DNA from: Vitrella brassicaformis CCMP3155 | Taxonomy: Eukaryota; Protista; Chromerida | Assembly: GCA_001179505.1 (NCBI GenBank) | Contig: CDMY01000377.1 | Location: 30,800 to 94,799 of the forward strand | DNA length: 64,000 nucleotides | Direction: 5' to 3' | Shown here: positions 1 through 12,409 of the stretch, in pieces | Position numbering within the stretch: position 1 is the stretch's first letter | Layout: the number at the start of each line of letters is the position of its first letter | The notes under the pieces: model-generated | What the model saw: the letters and a program-made list of their open reading frames with translations, nothing else | Told to the model about the DNA's origin: nothing | The model's database searches: none | Position numbers and translations under genes: made by a program

Positions 1-347
1 TCTCCTCACCTGCTCGTCAGCCGATCTAAGCTCGCAGATCTGCTGCACTTCTCCTTTTCTGTTTGTATGCTGTGCCGCACTGGAAGTCTGTAGACGTACC
101 CTTGTCGGTTTTTGAGTCGGCGCGCTGATTGACTGCGCGCATCTGTCTACTCCTACTGACGCCGAGTGCTGCTCAGGTGAGGCAGAGCAGGTACACAGAC
201 GCAGACACACGAGGAACACACAGGCAGGCGAAGAGGCGCAGAGAGGCCGGTGGAGGAAGGCCAGTCTGTCCATAGATGCGGACAGCCCTGCATTCGTCTG
301 GGATCTGTGCGTGTCTGTGTGTTCAGGTGAGGTCGTTTGGCTCACCG

Positions 348-3300
348 ATGGCGACTCCACTTATCAAGAAGGAGGAGGAGGAACACAAGGAGGGCATCCA
401 GTCTGGTGCCGGCGACGGCGGTGCGGCTGCTTCCGACCAACCAGCTGCGGCTGCTGCTATTGGTGATGGTGATGCGGCTGCCTCCGAGCAGGCGGCTGCC
501 GCTGCCGATCCACCGCCCTCCACTGGTCAGCGCGGCAGCAGCCGACATCACAGCAACGGGGGAGGTGATGACGAGGGCAACGATGGCCGCGGTGCCGAGG
601 GGATGTCGTGTGGCTCAGGAGGTGGGTGAGCTGGGGTGGGCTGCATTGCATTGCATTGCACGTGTGCATTACTATCTTCGCACGTGTGCGTTCCGTTCAG
701 GTCATGATGTGGCAGTCGATGACGAAGACATGAGTGAGGCGGCCGACAAGGGAGAGCAAGTAAGACAGAGCGCCACATAGTCTGCATGTCCGCCTGCCCT
801 TCTCTCCACGTGTATCACATCACATCAGGATCCTGACAACGCTGGCGAGCCTCCACGCCACACGCAGAGAGGCCGTAAGTCACCGCAGCACCACCATCAC
901 AGCAGCACCACACAGCCGACCCACCCACTTTCCGTTCTCTGGATGTATGCCGTTGTGTGCAGGCAAGGTCGGCAGTGGCCGGGGGGCTGACGACGCGGAC
1001 GAGGAGGACAGCGAGGAGGGCGACACCGGCAGTGACGACCAGGACAATGGCAACAAGGCCTACAATGTGAGCGAGCGAAATGCACCGCACCCGTCACTCA
1101 CTCATCCACTGCTCGCCCATCTTGTCATTTTGCCTGTCAGACCAAAAGGGCTCTGAACGAGTTCTTCGACATCCTGAGGACTAAATGTCTCGACAAGGAC
1201 GAGGAACACCCACTGGGCATCAGTGTTCGGATGAGCGGCAGGGACTTCCCAGGCATCCAGGTGCAGCTCAGCCGCTCGGGGGCCAAACCTCTTTCCAAGT
1301 ACGTCTCCATCACGAGGGGTGGCACTCGCCAGGCTGTGACGATTGCAATCGGGATCCGCAATGCTGAGTTCGCCAAGCATGACATCCCGCCGCTCGAGGG
1401 CTGGGAGGAGGTGCTGGAGAAGCATCGCTTTCCAGACGATGAGGTGGGCGAGAGAAAGAGGGCTGGAGAGGGGCGACAAGGACGGGACAGCAACACAGTG
1501 TCATGTGCACGAAATGTGTGTGTGTCATGCCCTCTTCCATGCAGCGCAAGCACCACAAGAAGTCCAAGCGCAACCCGAGTAAGACAGCACCCCACATAGG
1601 CACGTCATCATGTGTGAATGCGCGCGTGTGCGTCCATCAGGTGCCGCAGCCGCGGCAGCGGGCGGGGGCAACAATCGCCTTAAGCAGAAACGCCGTAAGG
1701 CAGCACAGCAACAGGCAGGTAGCGCATTGGTTGTCCGGTCAAACCTGTGTGTGTCGGTGTGTGCAGACAAGGTCGGCAGTGGTGGCGGGGCTGACGGCTC
1801 TGAGGAGGAGGACAGTGAGGACAGCGAGGAAGGCGACACCGGCCGGCACAATCGCAACAAGGCCTACGTGAGCGAACGAGATGCACCACACCCGTCTCTC
1901 AGTGACTCACTGTTCGTCCATGTTGTCACCAGGCCAAACTCTTCAAGTCTCTGCGAGATTGTGTCGACAAGCTCAGCGGACTTTCAAAGTCCACGATTCA
2001 TATCTACGTCTACCACAACCAGCCCACGCAGCGACCGTTCGTCAGGGTTGACATGGGCAGTGGAAAAGACAGGGCCTACCGGTCCTTCCACATTGGGGGG
2101 TGCGATGGCGGTGCCCGTGGCGCTGTGAAGGCAGCAATCAAGCTCCGCAATCAGCTGGCCACTCAGTTCGACATCTCGCCGCTCGAGGGCTGGGAGGAGG
2201 TGCTGGACAACCATCTCTTTCCGGACGATGAGGTGCGCGAAAGTGAGAGGGTGGGGGAGGGAGGGGCAACGAGGAAGAGACAGCTGTTTCTGTCAGGGCC
2301 AGGCCGAGCCACCTGCAGCAGCTGCGGCCGCCGCGGCCGGTCCCTCAAATGCTCACAACTACGGCAAGCGGAAGGGGCGGGGCAACACCAAACGGGCCAA
2401 GAGGCGCCGTCGAGGTACGGTGACTATGGCTGACTGACCGACACATTGCGGTCTCCCGTTATGTGGTCCGTTCTCTGGGTGTGTGTTGGTGTGTGCAGGC
2501 AAGGTTGACTCTGAGGGTGAGGACAGCGAGGAGGCTGACACCGACAGTGAGTGCGCCGACGACTCCGAGGAGGGGCGTGACGAGGTGGGCGGGCGAATCC
2601 ACCCATCCATCACACACTCACACACCGTCCGCGCATGTTGTCATTCTGCCTGTCAGGCCAGGGAGTCCATGTCTGCCCTCTTCAAGAAACTGAGGAGACA
2701 GTGTCTCAACGGGCCCCATCCACTGGGCATCATTGTTTCTAGTGGCTTCGAGCAACCGTTGAGCGTCCAAGTAAAGCTTTGCCGCTCGGGGGCCACGTTC
2801 AAGAAGACCATCGGCATCAAGAGGTGCGGCGCTCGCCGCGGTGTGCGGAGGGCCATCGAGTTGCGCAACGCTGAGTTCGCCAAGCACAAGATCCCGCCGC
2901 TCAACTGCTGGGAGGAGGTGCTGGACAAGCATCGCTTCCCAGACGATGAGGTGGGCGAGAGAAAGAGGGCTGGGGGAGGGAGGGGCAACAGGGATGGTGC
3001 GATGTCAATCAATGGTCTGTCTGTCTGTGTCAGGGCCAGACCGAGCCACCTGCAGCAGCAGCAGCAGCAGCCGCGGCCGCCGCGGCCGGCCCCTCAAGTG
3101 CTGACAACTACGGCAAGCGCAAGGGGCGGGGCGGCAAAGCGGACAGACGCGTCAAAAAACGGCGCCGCACAGGTACACACGGTCGCCAAGAGGGAGGAGG
3201 GGGCTCATACGCGAGTGACATATGCCGGCCATATTCTCTTTCCTCTTTTTTTTCCAACCACTGATGAGCGCCGTTCGCCCTCTCCCTCCCCGCCCAAGCA

Positions 3301-4455
3301 GCACAACAAGCCCAAACTGAGGCCACGTAAGACGGCACCGCACACAAAGAGACCATACCATACAACCGATCGGCGTCTGTTTATGTATGTCTGCACCTAC
3401 CAGGCAAGAGCAACACGGAGAGCCACGCAGGTGGCGCTGCTGCTGCTGCTGCTGCTGCTGCGCCCGGCTGCAAAAAGGAGCGCAAGCACAAGGCCAAGGA
3501 CCGTTCCTCCCGAGGCAAGATGACAATTCATGGATCTATCGCACACTCGTCCGTGGCGCTGACTTACTTGTGTTGTGTTGTGTTGTCAGCCCCTCGTGTG
3601 CGTGAGGATTGCCATGATGGCCCGCCAGCTGTCGGCAGCGTCGGCAGCATCAAGCAGGAGGCAGGTGACGGGCAAGGTGGTGGTGATAGCGGTGGTCCGG
3701 CGGGCATTCGGGGCGGCATGGGGGCAGGGTTGGCGCCCGGCAACCAAGGCGGCATTCCTTTCATCGACCTCGAGTCGGACAAAGAAGACAACAACCAAGG
3801 GGCGAACGAGCCACCTGGTAAGGGGAACGGAGAGACCACCGACGGGCGCGTCTGCACAGTGTGAGTGTCAATGCTGTCTGTCTCATAAGGTGGTGCTGGG
3901 GCGGCTGCTGCCGCTGCCGCTGCCGGGGCTGGAGGTCGCGTCAAGAAGGAGGAGAAGGGTCGGTCAGCCAGCACGCACGAAGCACACTGCCACACCTGCA
4001 TATATCTCTCTCTGTGGACGGAGCAGGCGGCATTTCCACGTACAAGACGGTTGCGCTGTCCCAACTGAGTACCAAGGATATCGTGGCCATATTTCGACAG
4101 CATAAGGGACTGCGGGACCTGACGAATGTCATCGAGGAGGTGGATGAGCGAATGCGGTGCTGCAAGCACCCATATGTGTGTCTGCCGATGCCGTCTGTGA
4201 CTGCAGGACGAGGTGGATGGCGAGACCCTTGCCCGTTGCGTGGGTCTCAAGGCGAGCGATGCGAGCATGGAGCTCCAGCACCTCTTCAAGAAGGGCAAGG
4301 TGGCGTCCATTGTCAGCTGGATCGAAAGCATCGACACGAATGCGGTCAGCAAGAACACGTCAAAAAGGAGGGAGGGAGGGAGGGGAAGGACCAGCGTGGT
4401 TCATTGTGTCTGTTTGGCTCATCCAAATGTGCAGGTGCGTGTGCCAATCCCGTAG
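348..4455 (+). CDS. Multi-exon protein with three tandem AP2(ApiAP2)-like domains and a C-terminal SAM-like domain; 3' end approximate
   Basis: ATG at 348 (MATPLIKKEEEE). GT-AG junctions traced by eye. Three phase-0 exons (1141-1443, 1933-2232, 2657-2950) encode e.g. HPLGIIVSSGFEQPLSVQVKLCRSGATFKKTIGIKRCGARRGVRRAIELRN, fitting the AP2 pattern G-V...K-x-F-x-I-x-K-x-G...A-I-x-x-R. Splicing out intron 4140-4206 gives DIVAIFRQHKGLRDLTNVIEEDEVDGETLARCVGL...KKGKVASIVSWIESI, which is SAM-like. Confidence 0.7.
963..3169 (+). repeat. Three tandem intragenic exon modules (acidic exon + AP2-like exon + short Q/R-rich exon)
   Basis: Acidic exons begin GCAAGGTCGGCAGTGG, ACAAGGTCGGCAGTGG and GCAAGGTTGACTC (~963, ~1767, ~2499). 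All three AP2-like exons end in PL(E/N)(G/C)WEEVL(E/D)(K/N)H(R/L)FPDDE followed by GT. RPSHLQQ exons at ~2297 and ~3034. Confidence 0.85.
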
Positions 4456-5471
4456 ATCATGTGCAGGCGACAGACGCCCGGGCAATGACAGTACGTGAAC
4501 GATGGATGACTGACGGCCGTTGTTGGATGTTTGTTGTTGCTGTCATCATGCTGCAGGGTGGGTGGCTGCGGTGCTGTCGGTTCGGCGGCTCGATCAGTTG
4601 TCGTTTTTTGACAAGAGGGGCGGAGTGTCATGTGGGTTCACACATACATGTAAAGGTACATGCGTGGATATGCATGACAGGGCGTGGCTGTTTATGCGTG
4701 TGTGTACCCGGATGATTCATCGTAAGTAAGTAGGTTTAAGGTCGTCATGTGAGTTGGTTCTCCATACGTATCCATCGCATTTTTGCCCCTCTCTAGGCAT
4801 TCCATTTGCCTCCTTCCTGGTCGACCATCCATCACTATGGGGTTCGTGTGGACGGTCAGCATCTGCATGAGCGTCATTCCACTCGTGTGTATACTGTCTT
4901 CGTACCCGATATGAGTGTATATATACACCGTGTCAATTGCATACCTTCGTTCCTATCTGTTCGTGCATGCCTCGGTGTGGCTGAGTCCGGCTGGCTGGCT
5001 GACGGTGTGTCTGTCTGTCTGCATTTGTTGGATGCGTGTGCTCTGTCTGGGGGTCCCGGCGGCCTTACAGTGTGCTGACTGGTGCGTTGCTGCCGGCATG
5101 TGCCAATGATGTATGTGTGAGCTGTGTGTATGTGCCTGACGGGATCAGACAGCCAAACAGCCAAGTCCATGTGTTCGTTTGTGTTGTGCCTGCCCATGGC
5201 TGTGAGATACCCTTTTGGCGTCGTTGCAGTGCTCCATGCTTCCCCAGTGCAGCTGAATACGAACTCTTGGCGTCGTTTCGACGTGCGGTGAAAAGATCCA
5301 GTGTCGGTTCGATGTGCCTTCCATAGGCTCCTCCCACTTGGTGGAGGGGATCTGCCCGAAATCCCGATCAAAGCGCGAGCAGCTGCGAGCCTGGCCGCGG
5401 CCCGTGTCGATCCCTCGAAAAAAAAGAAATCTGCCTTTGCAAACAGGTTCTGCGAAGGTTAACGTGAGGAC

Positions 5472-7112
5472 CCATTCTTATTGCTCTCCAATCGTTGCTC
5501 TCAATGCCGACGGGCGCTTTTCATACCGTGGCAGTGCTGGCTGTGCTGTTCGGCGCGCTGGCACTGACACGGTATCACTTCCAGCACGAGAGTGAAATCT
5601 CTCTCAACACGACCGTAAGGCAGATCCCACGCCAGAATGCATCGACATCATATGCATTCCCTGCTCATACGCTTCCATGAATGCAGATCACCCTTAATGA
5701 TAGAAACATGGCTGGCAATTTCGAAGTCCAGAAGTCAGTGCATGCACAGCCACAGCCGTCCAACACAGACGACGGGGCGCGCAGTGCAGCGGATAAGGCG
5801 GGTTCGGGTGATGGAGAAGGTAGCGGGGCAGTGGGGGAGGTGGCGAGGTTTGCGGATGCGGCCGGCCGTTCGGTGGACCCAGGCATCGAGGATGTGTACG
5901 TGCCTCTGGTGCCCATGACCTCCCCAGCAGACGACAGCCATGCCAGCAGCGATCGTGGGGAGCGGCGTGAGGCGAGCGGGCACTACCTGTTCTCCAAGCA
6001 GTACCAGCAAGGCTGCGAGGGCTGCCCGGGGTGCTTCCCAGCACTCGGAGTGGGCCTGGGTGCGGGTGTGGATGTGGGAGCCGCCAACCCCCCCTACTGT
6101 CCATACCCCTCAGTCAACAGCAAGAAGTCCCTCCCGCTGCTCAACCCACTGGTGGCGCATCGGCTGTGGGCGAGGTCGGGGGCCGAGGGCAACGTGAGCT
6201 CATCCGACGAAGGCCGCAAGGACTCAGACATGCCGCCCCCCAGCTTCCTGCACATCTGCCGCAACTTCCAGCAGCCCTTCCACTCACACGCACTCGCACG
6301 GTGTGCCCCCCGGAAGCACAAGGCTCGTTCCAAGAGCGGCAAGCCGAAGGTCAGGCGCGAGATGGAGCTGGAGGACCCCGTGGAGATCAGTGGCGATCTG
6401 ATCCAGGCCAAGGCGCGTCATGCAGCAGACATGGCGGGGCGGCTGCAGGCGGGGGACCACGACGAGAGTGCCCTTCTGATGGGTGCTGTCAAGGAGGAGG
6501 CAGTGGAGGGGGCGATGGGTGATGGGGGCAGGGCGGAGCAGCGCACACGGCGCAAGAGCAAGAGGGCAGTGGCCGAGGGGGACGAATGGGCGGTGGAGGG
6601 AGGAGGACCAAACGCCATACAGCAGGTCAGCGATCACCCACAGGCAAACGAAAGGAAACACAGCCAGATGGATGCACGCGTGTGTGTGTGTGTTTGTCGC
6701 CTGTTCAGATTGATCATTCCTTGGGTCTGCACCGCAGCGAGACCACAGACACCTCTGCAGACCCCATAGCCGTGGATGGGCGAGTGGAGGGCCAGGAGCA
6801 GCACACGGCCGCATCTCGCGACACTCTCATCCTCAAGTCGGCTTCCTCTTTCGAAGTCCAGATGTCGGTGCATGCACAGCCACAGCCGTCCAACGCTGAC
6901 GACGGGTCGCGCAGTGCAGCGGATAAGGCGGGTGCGGGTGATGGAGAAGGTAGCGGGGCAGCGGGGGAGGTGGCGAGGTTTGCGGATGCGGCCGGCCGTT
7001 CGGTGGACCCGGGCATCGAGGACGTGTACGTGCCTCTGGTGCCCATGACCTCCCCAGCAGACGACAGCCATGCCAACACCGATCGTGGGGAGCGGCGTGA
7101 GGCGAGCGGTGC
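5472..7112 (+). repeat. Left arm of a mosaic inverted repeat, with an internal direct duplication (~5730-5975 and ~6850-7112)
   Basis: The block GTGCATGCACAGCCACAGCCGTCCAAC...GAGCGGCGTGAGGCGAGCGG occurs twice. Modules of this arm recur reverse-complemented at 11.36-12.41 kb. Confidence 0.85.
5504..6769 (+). CDS. Putative type-II-anchored low-complexity protein; exon structure uncertain
   Basis: MPTGAFHTVAVLAVLFGALALTRY hydrophobic N-terminus, then a GTAAGG donor, then the 362-aa ORF 5681-6769. No recognisable domain. Confidence 0.35.
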
Positions 7113-7164
7113 CAAGGTACGGATGGATGCGATGTCCGTACTCATTTCTCGATGAATTCGTCTT

Positions 7165-8453
7165 TCTCTGGTTGTGTACCGTGTGGGTGCATCAGTCTAT
7201 GAGCTGGCTCGAGAGGCATTTCGGGACATATTTCGGGCCATCAAGAATCTCACTGAAGCGGTAAGCAGGCAGACGGGACTGGATGGGATGAGCACTCACT
7301 CGTGGCACTTCCTCTGTGTTTGTGTCAGGGCCGTGGAGCGTGCCAAGCGATGGGCCAAGGAGGAGATTGTGGTGTTCACGCCGCCTCCTGCAGCAGCTGC
7401 AGTCACCGACCAGACGGCGGACCATTCGCATCTGGCCGACATCGAGGCGACAGCGGGCAACAACAAGCGAGCACGAGCCGAGGGCGAAGCTGCCGAGCCA
7501 GCCAAGAAGGCGAAAGGAGAGCCCCCAGCGGCGGCAGCGCAGCACCTGCTGGCAGCACTGCTGCAGCATCGGCTGCACAGCCATCTCAGCTGAAGCGTGA
7601 CAACTTCGAGCGGCTGATGTACGGCGACAACAACGGCAACAATGGCGGCGAGTCGATGCTGAAGGGCGTGGACGAGGCAAATGTTGCCGAGAGGGATTTG
7701 GAGAGCCGCGCCGCCATGGCTATCTACAGCGGCCCCTCGTGCTCCAGCTGCACATTCCCCAAGAGGCTGCTGTACCTCCTGTTGGTCATCGGCCTCCTGA
7801 TATGGGGAATGTGCGGCTACATGGCCATAAGGGCGAGCCGCAGCCATGTGACGGCAGAGCTGTCCGTGCGGCCCACCTTTGCGATGTTCGCCGAACACGC
7901 CAACTACTGCCGAAAAGAAACGTAAGAGAGAAAAGGATGGATGCACAGAACGTGCAACACATACGTACGTGTGCCTTGTGTTACGTACCTTAGGAGGCAG
8001 CAGAGGGAGGCCCTCACACAGCAGCAAGAGAGCCAGCAGCAGCAGCAGCAGGTAGGCGTCATTTTATGCAGGCAGTATGCGTGCATCCATCCACCCGTCA
8101 CCCATTCACCCCGTCTCGTTGTGTGATGCATTTTCGCTTCAGGATAAGATCCATGATCTGGAGCGGGAGTCGCTGTAAGCAGCCAAAAATCCATGACGCA
8201 AATATGTCACTCATCCATTCATGTCTCTCTGTGTCTACTCAGGTACTGGCAGGAGGAGGCGAACAAGTACAAGGCCCTGTGTGAGAGGCTCCAGAGCGAG
8301 AGAGAGGAGCAGCAAAAGCGCGACGGTGCCGTGCCGACGGCCGGCACGATCGTAGAGGGCACCATGCGGGACCGGTACGCAAAGAGGGAGGACTGGAAGG
8401 CACACACCCATTTGCGGTGTATCTCCCTCCTTCGCTTCGCGCTCTCAGAGTGA
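7165..8453 (+). CDS. Hypothetical single-TM protein with Q-rich coiled-coil C-terminus; 5' structure uncertain
   Basis: TM segment LLYLLLVIGLLIWGMCGYMAI (~7770-7830). Downstream exons RRQQREALTQQQESQQQQQQ and YWQEEANKYKALCERLQSEREEQQKR have GT-AG borders. Confidence 0.5.
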
Positions 8454-9299
8454 GCGTGCGCGCGTATTATTTGGCCGAGGCCAACCCAAGCAGCACACCC
8501 GAGAGCAACTGGCAGGCGGTAACCAACCGCCTCACACGGAGACACACCTCACAAGGGCGAGACGGATGGATGGATGTGTGTGTGTGTGTGTATGTGTGTG
8601 TCACCCTCCCACCAGGCGTCGATGGTCGAGTTGGATGCTCGCCATTTCTTTTTCTACCCTTCCATGCCCTGATAATCTGTATACTTGATGTAGTTGTAGT
8701 TGATGACACTTACGTGTAGTGTGTTGTGTGTTTAGTTGCTTTATCGGGGTTTGTGCGGTTGCATTTATGCGTGGGTTTATTTTTTGTGTGACCAATCGGC
8801 GAAGCCGTTGGTCGCTGACTGAGTGGTGTGCGTGCGTGGTGCGGCCCCACCGTGCGGGGCGGCTTACGTGTATGAGATTAAGAGCGAATGACGCAGTCAC
8901 GCATCAAGTCCAACAGCTCACGTGGCATGAGTTCCACCGACAGAAAATATAAAGTGTAGGCAGCAATGTACTGGACGCGTCTCACGTATCGGGCGTCACG
9001 ATCCGGCACGGGCAATCGTACTCGATGCGCTCGGCCTGCAGAACAGACAGAGAGGAACAGACGAAGTGACACACGATGCATGAATACAGACATGGATAGG
9101 TTCCTCGAGCCAGCATTCATATGGGCTTGTCTTTGTGTGTACCTCGAGCCAGCAGTCCTGTGGGCCCTTATGTCCGTTTGCCTTGCTGAGGTGGTATGAG
9201 CGCTTGCTAACCCTGCATGAACCAGAACCACAGAGAAGGAGAAAGAGAGTAGATGGAGAGTGAGAGAAGGAACGCGTAGATGTCATCGATCCATCCGCT

Positions 9300-10050
9300 C
9301 GCGGTGGGTCTGTGTGCAGATCTTTCCACTTGCGAGGAGGGACGGGGGCCTGCGCTCTCCAGCTTGGCCTGCAGACATTAATGGCAGCATTGGCGGACTA
9401 TTGGCGCGGGCTGTTCCCTTCTGTCTGTTGTGTGTATCGTACCACTTGCTCTTTCAGCCTGGCGATCTTCTCGTCCTTGATACATAGCTGCTCCTGTGCC
9501 GCAGCCTGAGCGACCGAAAAGGTGTACATGAGTCGATCGATGGATCGACGTGTGTGCATATGTCTTCTGTAGGTACCAGTTGGCGCAGGGCATTGGCGCT
9601 GGCCTTTAAGAGCTCGATGCTCCTCAGGAGCCCGCCCCCGGCAGCCACGGCATAGGTGAGGTACAATTCGGCCTTCCTGCAGGATAGACCGGTGAGACGG
9701 GAGCCAAGGATGGATGGATGGATGGATCAGTCGTGTAAGCAGTCTGTATAGGTTTACTTGTCCTTGGCCTTCATGTCCTCCAGGTACAGCCTTTCTCGCC
9801 ACCTCTTGGTCTCCTCGGCCTGCTTGGCGGATCCAGCCGACGAATGCCACTGCAAGAATAGCCCAAGATACGTAGCAAACCCCATAGTACACCCGCCCCA
9901 CGAAGAGCCAGTCTCGGTCCATCTGGGAGACCGCCGCTGCCCTATGACGATGCGGGGCGTGGCGACCTTGGCCAACGCGTCTCTGGATATGCACACAAAT
10001 AATTCGAACGTCGTTCACTTCCACACCCACCCAGCCATCCACCGTTGTCC
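9300..10050 (-). pseudogene. Frameshifted paralog of the TM/coiled-coil gene at 10.2-11.0 kb
   Basis: YGVCYVSWAILAVAFVGW and SAKQAEETKRWRERLYLEDMKAKDK are in different frames. Relative to the intact neighbour, 20 nt are missing between W and SA (~9830). Confidence 0.55.
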
Positions 10051-10212
10051 TCTTCGTCCAGTGGGCGGCTGCAGGCATACTCGGCGTCACATCCCGACAC
10101 GACGCCCTGGTGCACTAAATGAAGAGAGGGAGAGCACAAAACAACACACAGAACGACACCACACACACATACACATGTTGACTGTTTCATGATCAGACGT
10201 GTCTCCTCTTAC

Positions 10213-11010
10213 CTAGGTCGTCTTTGTGCGCCAGCCTGTCGAAGAGGTGTTGTAGCTCAAACTTGGCCTGCAACGAAGGAATGAATTATGGCAAGACGGC
10301 CTGTTGGGTTCTTGTTTTGTTGTGTAGTTTACCATTTCCTCCTTTAGCCGGGTCTCCTCTTCCTTCTCACGCAGCAGGTTTTGTGCCGCAGCCTGAGTGA
10401 CAAGAGATACCCACATCAGTCGATCGATTGCCGTGTGTCTGTATATCTGCTATAGGTGCTCACGAGTTGGTCCTCAGCAACTCCTTGGCAAAGAGGGATC
10501 CAATGACCTTCGTGCAAAGTGAATGTATATTCTCTGCCTGCCTGTCTGCCTCTGTTGTATGTTTAGGCTTACTTGTCCTTGGCCTTCATATCGGCCGAGT
10601 AATTTCGCTCCTGCCACCGTTTGTGGTCCTCCGCCTGCCACGCTGACCAAAGGTAGATGTAGGCCAGCCAGAGGATGAATGCCACCACAAATATGCCGCA
10701 TGAGAGATAACAGACGCCGTAAGATACACGCCACACTCTCTCCCACGTCATGGCCCAGCTGGCCGGCCGCCGCTCGATAATGTGTGCAGATGGCGAAGCA
10801 CCCACCGACAGCAGCCGCCTGTACTCCTGCTGCTCGGCAGCACGCCGGAAGCTCTCTCTCATCGCGCTTGCGGCGTCCGTGTGTTTGTCGCTGTGGTGCC
10901 TGCCTGACACACTTACATCCCCCTCTCGCTCACCTGAAGTATTGTTGGTCAGGCTCCCACCAGGGCTTCACCGCCTGCTTGTCGACTGAGTGGATGGACT
11001 CGCAGGGCAT
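10213..11010 (-). CDS. Hypothetical single-TM + coiled-coil protein (multi-exon)
   Basis: Exon WERVWRVSYGVCYLSCGIFVVAFILWLAYIYLWSAWQAEDHKRWQERNYSADMKAKDK ends in a GTAAG donor. Later exon QAAAQNLLREKEEETRLKEEMV is homologous to QAAAQEQLCIKDEKIARLKEQV in the paralog. Confidence 0.5.
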
Positions 11011-11359
11011 TGCGGCACTGCTCTGCTCTCTCCTGTCTGTCTCTCTCAGAGACATGCACGTACGGCCGAGTTTCCACCAACAGCAAATATAAAATGTAGG
11101 CAGCAATTGTTACGCCCAAACGCGCTGCCCCGTCCATCATGTGGTGGTGCTGTATGGTGTGGGGGCGGCGGGTGCCATGGATGTGGTGGCCCTTCGAGTT
11201 AACCTGGAGCTCGTGAAGTCCCGCGCGCTCGTGAAGTATCGCCGCCCTGCGAGCGGCCCTGACACAAAGAAAGAGGCACTTCCATCAGTGAATGCCCGTT
11301 GTTACATCCATACCTCGTCAGCGATATTTGTGATAGCCCGAAGAGCTTGTACGCCCAAC

Positions 11360-12409
11360 TGATGAGAGAGTCGCGAGATGCGGCTGGGGGAGCGGGCACC
11401 ATGTGGCTCTGGTTGTCGTCCGTGTGCTGCTTCTGGCCCTCCACTCGCCCATCCACCACCATGTCATTATCATTGTCAGCAGGGGTGGTCTGCATTCATG
11501 GAAACGTATGAGCAGGGAATGCATATGATGTCGATGCATTCTGGCCTGGGATCTTCCTTACGGTCGTGTTGAGGGAGATTTCACTCCCGTGCTTGAGGCG
11601 ATACCGTGTCAGTGCCAGCGCGCCGAACAGCACAGCCAGCACTGCCACGGTATGAAAAGCGCCCGTCGGCATTGAGAGCAACGATTGGAGAGCAATAAGA
11701 ATGGATCCTTTCCCCACTACCTCCCCCACTGCCCCGCTACCTTCTCCATCACCCGCACCCGCCTTATCCGCTGCACTGGGCGCCCCGTCGTCGTCCGCGG
11801 TGGACGGCTGTGGCTGTGCATGGACCGACCTCTGGACTTCGAGGGAGGAAGCCGACTTGAGGATGAGGGAGTCGCGAGATGCGGCCGTGTGCTGCTTCTG
11901 GCCCTCCAGTTGCCCATCCACCACCATTTCACTCCCAGCAGCGGCTGCACCGGCAGGCGCGGGACGGCCGTAGGCTATGACCTGCTGCTGATTGTGGTCG
12001 GCTAGAGGGTCTGCAGATGTGTCGGCTACTCGTCGTTCATTATCATCATCAGGGCGGTCCTCAGCACGGGTGGTCTGCATTCATGGAAACGTATGAGCAG
12101 GGAATGCATATGATGTCGATGCATTCTGGCGTAGGATCTTCGTCAGACCTCTGCTGATGTGGCTGTGCATGCACCGACATCTGGACTTCGAAAGAGCCAG
12201 CCATGTTTCTATCATTAAGGGTGGTCTGCATTCATGGAAACGTATGAGCAGGGAATGCATATGATGTCGATGCATTCTGGCGTGGGATCTTCCTTACGGT
12301 CGTGTTGAGGGAGATTTCACTCCCGTGCTGGAAGTGATACCGTGTCAGTGCCAGCGCGCCGAACAGCACAGCCAGCACTGCCACGGTATGAAAAGCGCCC
12401 GTCGGCATT
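11360..12409 (-). repeat. Right arm of the mosaic inverted repeat (shuffled copies of 5.47-7.11 kb modules)
   Basis: The TM-exon module MPTGAFHTVAVLAVLFGALALTRY...YAFPAHT(F/L)P is present at 11485-11703 and 12185-12409, and partially at 12070-12137. The PQPS...GEGSGAVGE and DG(R/Q)(V/L)EGQ.QHT modules are at 11360-11930. Confidence 0.85.

Noticed and set aside
5495-5700. Translationally coupled small ORFs (TGAATG stop-start) in the repeated module
   Set aside because: A canonical GTAAG donor lies inside the ORF, so the stop most likely falls in an intron. Coupling is not expected in this eukaryotic context.
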